NCBI GenBank assembly: GCA_963667465.2
Contig: CAXXDN010000001.1
Location: forward strand, 512,001 to 576,000
DNA from: Dehalococcoidia bacterium
GTDB taxonomy: Bacteria; Chloroflexota; Dehalococcoidia; UBA2979
DNA: 64,000 bases
Direction of reading: 5' to 3'
Part shown: piece by piece, positions 58,069 to 64,000 of the stretch
Numbering within the stretch: position 1 is the first letter of the stretch
Layout: each line of letters opens with the position of its first letter
The notes under the pieces: model-generated
The model's database searches: none
What the model was told of the DNA's origin: nothing
The model's input: only the letters and a program-made list of their open reading frames with translations
Translations under genes and position numbers: made by a program

Positions 58069-58578
58069 TTACAGCGAGGCGATGATGACCACCGCCACAC
58101 TGGCGGAGATCGCCTCGGCCATGACTGCGTAGGCAAGGTACTTGTAGCGCCTGTTCTTCGTGAGCATCAGTGCGGCATTGCGTTCGACGGAGTGGTACAC
58201 GTGCTCAGCCAGCCACTGCCGAACCGGGCCTTCCCCCCGGTCGGCTGAGAGCACCAGTAAGCGCCGGCTGTCGGGGCCCAGGTGTAGATTCGCCGCCTCC
58301 TGACAGCGGAAGAAGAGCAGCACGGCGCAGAGGAAGACGCCGATCACTACGGCTGCCGGGGCCAGGAGCCACCACGGCTCGCTCACCCCGCCCCACTGGA
58401 ATGTGCTGGCTCCCGAGAAGAGGGCGAGGATCGCGACCGCGAGTGTCAGCGCACGTTCGGCCTTCGCGTCGATGTCCTTGATTGTCTGGAGCTGCTCGTC
58501 AAGGCTCCATATCGCGAATTCGAGGGCAGCGCCGGCGCCCTCGTACTCCACAGCCGGTTGAGGCTCGTCGCTCGCCAA
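58069..58578 (-). CDS. Three-TM membrane protein
   Basis: TTG start after GGGGGA; IDAKA then TM1-TM2, a loop, N...K and TM3. Confidence 0.6.
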   Translation of the reverse strand: MASDEPQPAVEYEGAGAALEFAIWSLDEQLQTIKDIDAKAERALTLAVAILALFSGASTFQWGGVSEPWWLLAPAAVVIGVFLCAVLLFFRCQEAANLHLGPDSRRLLVLSADRGEGPVRQWLAEHVYHSVERNAALMLTKNRRYKYLAYAVMAEAISASVAVVIIASL

Positions 58579-58628
58579 CGCTCGGTCCCCCGGCCTGTGT
58601 CGCCCGAGCAGTCTAGCAAGTTTATGTC

Positions 58629-59915
58629 CTACGCCCTGATCACCCCGTCCCGTCGCAGCGCGGCGATCTCCGAGGGCGCAAGGCCTGCCTCGGCGAGCAC
58701 CTCGGAGGTGTGCGCGCCGATCGGCGGGGAGGCGCGCTCGATCGCGGTTGGCGTGGCGGAGAGCTCGACGACGGGGGCGACGACACGCTGCGGGCCGGTC
58801 ACTTCGTGCTCGATCTCGCGCATGTGGGCCGCGGCGACGACCTGCGGCTCGTCGGCGAGTTCCTCGGGGAGCAGGACGGGGGCGATCGGGACGCCCCCCG
58901 CGCCGAGGTCGTCCATCCACTCGGCCGTCGTGCGCTCGGCGAAGCGCGCGGTCATGTAGGTGACCCGCTGGTCGCCGTAGGCAATGCTCGCGGGGTCCGA
59001 GGCGTCGTAGTCCGGGTCGTCGGCGTGGTCGTCCGTGATCTCGAGCGCCTCGCGCACGAGCGCGCGCGTGCGAGGCGTGATCGCGCCGAGCATGATCAGG
59101 CCGCCGTCGGCGGTCTGGTAGGCGTGGCTGAAGCCGCGCAGCGCCGCCGTGTCCGATTGCCGCTGCCCCGCCCGCACCGCGAGGACCTCCTCGTAGCTGC
59201 CGCCGCGCGCGCGGATCGCCTGTACCTCCTCGATCATCGGGTCGCGCGTCACCGCGTCGCTGACCGGCTCGCGCATCACGACGGTGTCCTGGATCGCCAG
59301 CGAGGAGCGCAGCAGCGAGGCCTCGACGCGCTGGCCCTCGCCGGTGCGCTCGCGGTGGAAGAGCGCCGCGAGGATGCCCGCCGCGCCGGAGAAGCCCGCC
59401 GAATAGTCCGCAAACGCGCTGGCGGCGAGGTGCAGCGGTTCGCCCTCGGGACCGACCTTGGCGCCGCCGGCGATGATGCCGGCGTAGGCGGTCATCGTCG
59501 GGTCGGTCGCCGTGCGGTCGCTGAGCGGTCCGCCGTGGCCCCAGCCGGTGATCTCGCAGTAGACGAGGTCCGGGCGCAGCTCGCGCAGCGTCTCGTAGCC
59601 GAGCCCGTAGCGCTCGGCGGCGCCGGGCCGCAGGTTCTGCGTCACCACGTCGAAGTGCGGGACGAGCCGCCGCGCGAGGTCCCTCCCGGCGGGTTGGCCC
59701 AGGTCGATCGCGACGCCGCGCTTGTTGCGGTTGAGCGACTGGAAGCGCTTGCCCTCGTTGGGGACGATCGCGCCCCAGCGGCGGTGCTGGTCGCCGTCCG
59801 GCGGCTCCACCTTGACGACGTCCGCGCCGAGGTCGGCGAGCACGCAGCCGAGGAACGGCGCGGCCACTACCTGCGAGAACTCGAGGACGCGGACGCCCGC
59901 GAGCGGTCCGCTCAC
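58629..59915 (-). CDS. CaiB/BaiF family III CoA-transferase
   Basis: PLAGVRVLE, LADLGADVVKVE, LNRNKR, IGAHT.EVL. Confidence 0.9.
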   Translation of the reverse strand: MSGPLAGVRVLEFSQVVAAPFLGCVLADLGADVVKVEPPDGDQHRRWGAIVPNEGKRFQSLNRNKRGVAIDLGQPAGRDLARRLVPHFDVVTQNLRPGAAERYGLGYETLRELRPDLVYCEITGWGHGGPLSDRTATDPTMTAYAGIIAGGAKVGPEGEPLHLAASAFADYSAGFSGAAGILAALFHRERTGEGQRVEASLLRSSLAIQDTVVMREPVSDAVTRDPMIEEVQAIRARGGSYEEVLAVRAGQRQSDTAALRGFSHAYQTADGGLIMLGAITPRTRALVREALEITDDHADDPDYDASDPASIAYGDQRVTYMTARFAERTTAEWMDDLGAGGVPIAPVLLPEELADEPQVVAAAHMREIEHEVTGPQRVVAPVVELSATPTAIERASPPIGAHTSEVLAEAGLAPSEIAALRRDGVIRA

Positions 59916-60694
59916 GCGCGGCCCTCCTGGCGGCCGCGCCAGGGCTCGTGCTGCTTCGCGCTGCCGCGTGTCTGGTAGAGCATCATCTGGCGGAAGAGGT
60001 CGGCCTGCTCGGTGGCGGCAAGGCCGGCGTCGTAGCCGTAGCGCAGCGACTCGCGCGCCAGGCGCAGCGCCTGCGGCGGGTAGGAGATGATCTCCTGCAT
60101 CGTCTCGCGCGCTGTGGACAGCAATTCGTCCGGTTCGTGCACGGAGACGACGAGGCCGATGCGCTTCGCCTCCTCGGCGCCCACGGGGCGTCCGGTGAGC
60201 GCCATGTGCAGCGCGTTGCCGCGCCCCACGAAGCGCGCGAGGCGCAGCGTGCCGCCGTAGGCGGGCAGGATGCCGAGGCTGGTCTGTGGCAGCCGGAAGT
60301 TCGCCTCGGTACTGGCGAGGATGAAGTCCGTGCAGCAGCACATCAGGCAGCCGACGCCGATCGCGTAGCCGTTGACGGCCGCGATCACGGGCTTCGAGTA
60401 GGCCCCGAGCACGTCGAAGATCGGACTGCCCTGGTGCTCCTCCAGGTAGGACTCGGCGTCGTCTACGTTGTGCGTGGACTCCTCCTTGAGGTCCGCGCCG
60501 GCGCTGAAGGCGCGGCCCGCGCCGGTGAGGATGACGCCGCCCACGTCCGGGTTGGCCTCGGCGGCGATCAGCTCCTCGACGGTGTGCGCGCTGACCTCGC
60601 TGCCCCAGGCGTTGAGGCGCTCGGGGCGGTCGATCGTGACGACGGCGATGCCGTCACTCACCTCGGTGCGTGCGTAGCGGGGCGAGTCGCTCAT
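59912..60694 (-). CDS. Enoyl-CoA hydratase/isomerase family protein
   Basis: RPERLNA, AFSAGADL, PVIAAVNGYAIG.G. Confidence 0.9.
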   Translation of the reverse strand: MSDSPRYARTEVSDGIAVVTIDRPERLNAWGSEVSAHTVEELIAAEANPDVGGVILTGAGRAFSAGADLKEESTHNVDDAESYLEEHQGSPIFDVLGAYSKPVIAAVNGYAIGVGCLMCCCTDFILASTEANFRLPQTSLGILPAYGGTLRLARFVGRGNALHMALTGRPVGAEEAKRIGLVVSVHEPDELLSTARETMQEIISYPPQALRLARESLRYGYDAGLAATEQADLFRQMMLYQTRGSAKQHEPWRGRQEGRA

Positions 60695-61293
60695 GCGTCG
60701 CCTCCCCAGCGCTCCCAGTGCAGCACCTCGTCGATCGGCTTGCGGCCGAGCGGGCCGAAGCGGCCCAGCGGCCAGCCGACCGGGATCGTCGAGCCGATGT
60801 AGACGTCGTCGGGGATGCCGAAGTGGGCCTTGATCTCGGCCTCGGCGCCGGCCTGGAAGGTGGTCATCGCGGCGCCGAGGCCGAGGCCGCGCGCGGCGAG
60901 CAGCAGGTTCTGGGTGGCGGGGAAGATCGTCGACCACATGGTCGCGCGGATTGGATTCTCGGTGTTCGGGTAGGCGTTGCGGATGCAGCAGAAGATCACG
61001 GCCGGCGTCTCGGCGAAGTGCGTGATCAGGTAGCGCACGGCACGCATCATCCGCTCCTGCGTGTCGTCAGCCGGGGTCCGGCTGAACTGGCCCATGCGGC
61101 GCTGCAGGATGTCCGCGAGGAACTGCATGTCCTCGCGGTTGGTGACGACGACGAAGCCCCAGTGCTGCGAGTTGCCCGCCGAGGGCGCGCGCGTCGCCGC
61201 GTGCACGAGCTGCTCGAGCAGCTCGCGCGGTACCGGGTCCGGCTTGAGCCTTCGCATCGCGCGGTTCGTGTCCATCGCCTCGAAGAGGTCCAT
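60691..61293 (-). CDS. Nitroreductase family protein
   Basis: RAMRR, APSAGNSQ.W.F, QNLLLAARGLGLG. Confidence 0.9.
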   Translation of the reverse strand: MDLFEAMDTNRAMRRLKPDPVPRELLEQLVHAATRAPSAGNSQHWGFVVVTNREDMQFLADILQRRMGQFSRTPADDTQERMMRAVRYLITHFAETPAVIFCCIRNAYPNTENPIRATMWSTIFPATQNLLLAARGLGLGAAMTTFQAGAEAEIKAHFGIPDDVYIGSTIPVGWPLGRFGPLGRKPIDEVLHWERWGGDA

Positions 61294-61348
61294 CGCGGCT
61301 TCCTTCCAGTCGTTGCGTTGGTCAGTCGTTGCGCTGTTCTGTGGGTCG

Positions 61349-62236
61349 CTACCCGCGGTAGGCCTCGATGAAGTTCGTGATCGCGTCGATGTGCTGTTGC
61401 GGCGAGGTGAGGCCGGCGTTCATCGTGTTGAACGAAAGGTGCGTCGCGCCCGCGTCCTCCCAGCTCTCGGCCATCGCGAGTTGCGCGTCGAGGTCGCCGT
61501 CGAGGACGGCGGCGCGGGTGCAGAGCGCGATGGCGTCGGGGTCGCGGCCCGCCTCGCGCGCGTGCTCCCTGATGCGCCCGAAGCGGAAGAGGATGTCGTC
61601 GCGGTTGCGCTCGTGATCGTCGGGGAACTGGTCGCGCGGGATGAAGCCCGAGCCGTAGCGTCCGCAGCGGCGCAGCACGGGGCTGGACATGCCGCCGAAC
61701 CAGAGTGGGATCTCGCGCTCCGGCCGCGGGTTGATGCCGGCGTGGCGCACCGTATCGAAGCGCCCCTCGAAGGTGACGAGCTCCTCGGTCCAGAGCCGCT
61801 GGAGCAGCTCGAGCTGCTCATCGGTGCGGCGGCCGCGGTGGTGGTAGTCCTCGCCCAGCACCTCGAACTCGACCTGGTTCCAGCCAACGCCGACGCCGAG
61901 GATCAGCCGGCCATTGGAGAGCAGGTCGACCTCGGTGACCTGCTTGGCGACGAGGGCGGTCTGGCGCTGCGGCAGGATCAGGATGCCCGTCACCAGGTCG
62001 ATCCGCTGCGTGATCGCCGCCAGGTAGCCGAACAGCACGAACGGCTCGTGGAACATCGACTCGTGCGTGTACGGCCCGATCAGCGTGTGCTTCGAGGGGT
62101 CGGCGCCGATCACGTGGTCGAAGGCGACGAAGAAGTCGTAGCCGAGTTCTTCCGCGGCGACGGCGAAGTCACGGACCGGTCCGGGATCACTGCCGATCTC
62201 CGTCTGTGGGAACACCGCGCCGAGTTGCATCGTCAC
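61349..62236 (-). CDS. LLM-class (probably F420-dependent) oxidoreductase
   Basis: FPQTEIG, DHVIGA, ILPQRQTALVAKQ, GVGVGWN..E. Confidence 0.88.
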   Translation of the reverse strand: MTMQLGAVFPQTEIGSDPGPVRDFAVAAEELGYDFFVAFDHVIGADPSKHTLIGPYTHESMFHEPFVLFGYLAAITQRIDLVTGILILPQRQTALVAKQVTEVDLLSNGRLILGVGVGWNQVEFEVLGEDYHHRGRRTDEQLELLQRLWTEELVTFEGRFDTVRHAGINPRPEREIPLWFGGMSSPVLRRCGRYGSGFIPRDQFPDDHERNRDDILFRFGRIREHAREAGRDPDAIALCTRAAVLDGDLDAQLAMAESWEDAGATHLSFNTMNAGLTSPQQHIDAITNFIEAYRG

Positions 62237-62278
62237 CCGCCTTCCGGCTGCCGCGCCCCGGCGGTCGCCTCCGTGGGG

Positions 62279-63958
62279 CTAAGTGTACGCGTCGCCCGCG
62301 CCGGGCAGATCGGCGAGCGAGATGATCGGCGAGGCGTCCTGCGCGGTCAGCGCGTCGATCAGGTACGGCCCCGGTGTGGAGAGCGCCGTTTGCAGCGCCA
62401 CCTCGAACGCCTCGAGGTTCGTGACGCGCTCGCCCTGGCCGCCCATCGCCCGCGCGACGCCGGAGAAGTCGACATCGGAGAAGAGCGAGCGCAGCGGCTG
62501 CTCGCGCCGCGCCTCGATGTGCGTGATCCAGGCGAGCGCGGCGTTGTTGAGCACGATGTAGGTGAGGTCCAGCCCGAGCCGCGCGGCCGTCTCGAACTCG
62601 CTCAGGCAGTAGCCCCAGGCGCCGTCGCCGGTGAGCAGCACCATGCGCCGATCGGCCGGCGTCGCCAGCCGCGCGCCGACCGCGCCGCCGCCGCCCCAGC
62701 CGATGCCGGCGAGGCCGCGCGGCGCGATGAAGGAGCGGGGCCGGCGCACAGGCACGAAGGCCGCGCCCCAGCCGGAGGAGAGCGAGGCGTCGCAGACCAG
62801 CACGTCGTCCTCGCGCAGCGCCTCGCCGAGCACGTCGGCGAGCAGATGCGGCGGGATCGCGCCCGCCGGGTCGGGCTGCGCGGCGCCGCCCTCGCCCTCG
62901 AGCGATTCGAGCCAGTTGGCGCGTGGTGCGCGCCCCTCGAGGGCGTTCGTGATGGCGCTGGCGGTCTCGCGCGCGTCGGCGACGATGCCGAGCGCGACCG
63001 GGCCGGTGCGCCCGATCTCCTCGCCGTCCAGATCGGCGTGGATCACGGCCTGGCCGGGTCCGGGGATCTGCCAGGAGTGCGTGGTCAGCGAGCCGAGCTT
63101 GCAGCCGAGCACCAGCACCACGTCGGCGGCCTGCAGCGCGGCGTTGCCGCGCACGGTGCCGAACTGGCCCGCCGCGCCCGCGGCCAGCGGACTGGTCTCG
63201 TCGATCGTGCCCTTGCCGCTGATCGAGGTGGTGACCGGGATCTGCTGCGCCTCGGCCAGCGCGCGGACGGCCAGCGAGGCGTCGCTGAAGGTCACGCCGC
63301 CACCGGCGAGGATCAGCGGCCGCTCGGCCGCGGCGAGCAGCGCGGCGGCCTGCTCGACGGTCTCGGGCGGCGGCGCGCTGCGGTGGCGCGGGTAGGCGAA
63401 GTCTGCCGGGCTCCAGTCCAGCGGTCCCGGGGGTGGCTCAACCGCCTCGGCGGAGAAGACGTCCTCGGGGATCTCGAGCACCACGGGGCCCGGCCGTCCG
63501 CCGGTCGCGACGCGCAGCGCCTGCGCGAGCACCGGCTCGAGGCTGTCCGCCGTCTCCACGCGGCCGACCCACTTCGTGACCGGGGCGAGCAGCGCCGCCT
63601 GGTCGAGGGCCTGCGAGGCGGCGGCGCGCCGCCTGAGGTGCGCCCGATCGCGGCGGATGTCGGCGACGATCGCGATCACGGGGATCGAGGAGCCGTACGC
63701 CTCGGCGAGGCCGGAGACGAGGTTCGTCGCGCCCGGTCCGACCGTGGCGTCGCAGAAGCCGACGCTGCCCGAGAGCCGCGCGTGAGCGTCGGCGGCGCAG
63801 GCGGCGGCGCGCTCGTCGCGCATCAGCACGTGCTGCAGGCCGGCGTCCTCGACGGCGGCGTAGAAGGGCAGCGTCTGCCCGCCGGGGACGCCGAAGACCG
63901 CGCCGACTTCGCCGGCGGCGAGGATGCGCGCGAGGCGGGCGCCGACGGTCTCGCTCAT
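62279..63958 (-). CDS. Thiamine pyrophosphate-binding enzyme (acetolactate synthase-like)
   Basis: FGVPGG, RDER.A, GPGATN, GDGA...NN TPP motif. Confidence 0.88.
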   Translation of the reverse strand: MSETVGARLARILAAGEVGAVFGVPGGQTLPFYAAVEDAGLQHVLMRDERAAACAADAHARLSGSVGFCDATVGPGATNLVSGLAEAYGSSIPVIAIVADIRRDRAHLRRRAAASQALDQAALLAPVTKWVGRVETADSLEPVLAQALRVATGGRPGPVVLEIPEDVFSAEAVEPPPGPLDWSPADFAYPRHRSAPPPETVEQAAALLAAAERPLILAGGGVTFSDASLAVRALAEAQQIPVTTSISGKGTIDETSPLAAGAAGQFGTVRGNAALQAADVVLVLGCKLGSLTTHSWQIPGPGQAVIHADLDGEEIGRTGPVALGIVADARETASAITNALEGRAPRANWLESLEGEGGAAQPDPAGAIPPHLLADVLGEALREDDVLVCDASLSSGWGAAFVPVRRPRSFIAPRGLAGIGWGGGGAVGARLATPADRRMVLLTGDGAWGYCLSEFETAARLGLDLTYIVLNNAALAWITHIEARREQPLRSLFSDVDFSGVARAMGGQGERVTNLEAFEVALQTALSTPGPYLIDALTAQDASPIISLADLPGAGDAYT

Positions 63959-64000
63959 GCGGAGCCTCCATCCGTGGCCGCTGGAGCCGTCGATTCCTCG

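Noticed and set aside
51896-58615. Prophage, integron or genomic island
   Set aside because: The TA and accessory genes are interleaved with trpS and argS. I saw no integrase, transposase, phage structural genes or convincing attC sites.

Overview
A very GC-rich bacterial chromosome segment. Gene content (LLM-class oxidoreductase, Chloroflexus-type malyl-CoA lyase, many CoA-transferases, apparently leaderless genes) suggests Chloroflexota, possibly Dehalococcoidia/SAR202-like; this is inference. In order it holds: the end of the alpha ribosomal operon (rpsD-rpoA-rplQ-truA-rplM-rpsI); a 91-bp palindromic tandem repeat; a form I aerobic CO dehydrogenase cluster (coxMSL with AYRCSFR, plus XdhC/CoxF, MocA-like and CoxG genes); sugar-nucleotide genes; a SAM-cycle/purine-salvage operon; plsX-trxA; C4/C5 acyl-CoA enzymes (Mch-, Mcd-, Mcl-like, a divergent SucCD-like ligase, CoA-transferases); a class A PBP; gatCA; trpS; argS. 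Small accessory cassettes are interspersed: an NYN nuclease, an HNH protein, HicB/HicA-like, VapBC-like and RelE-like modules. The main hidden feature, truncated in the ORF track, is a ferredoxin:thioredoxin reductase catalytic subunit (24920-25360, minus strand). Its CPC-x16-CxC-x8-CHC motif ends in an in-frame TGA followed by an fdhF-like SECIS hairpin, so it is a probable selenoprotein, and it lies next to trxA. Other leads are a structured 5' RNA before the NYN gene, a tail-to-tail toxin/antitoxin pair, two single-base frameshifts in TA genes, and single-gene cassettes bounded by 35-42 bp direct duplications. All product calls come from motif recognition; no database search was run.
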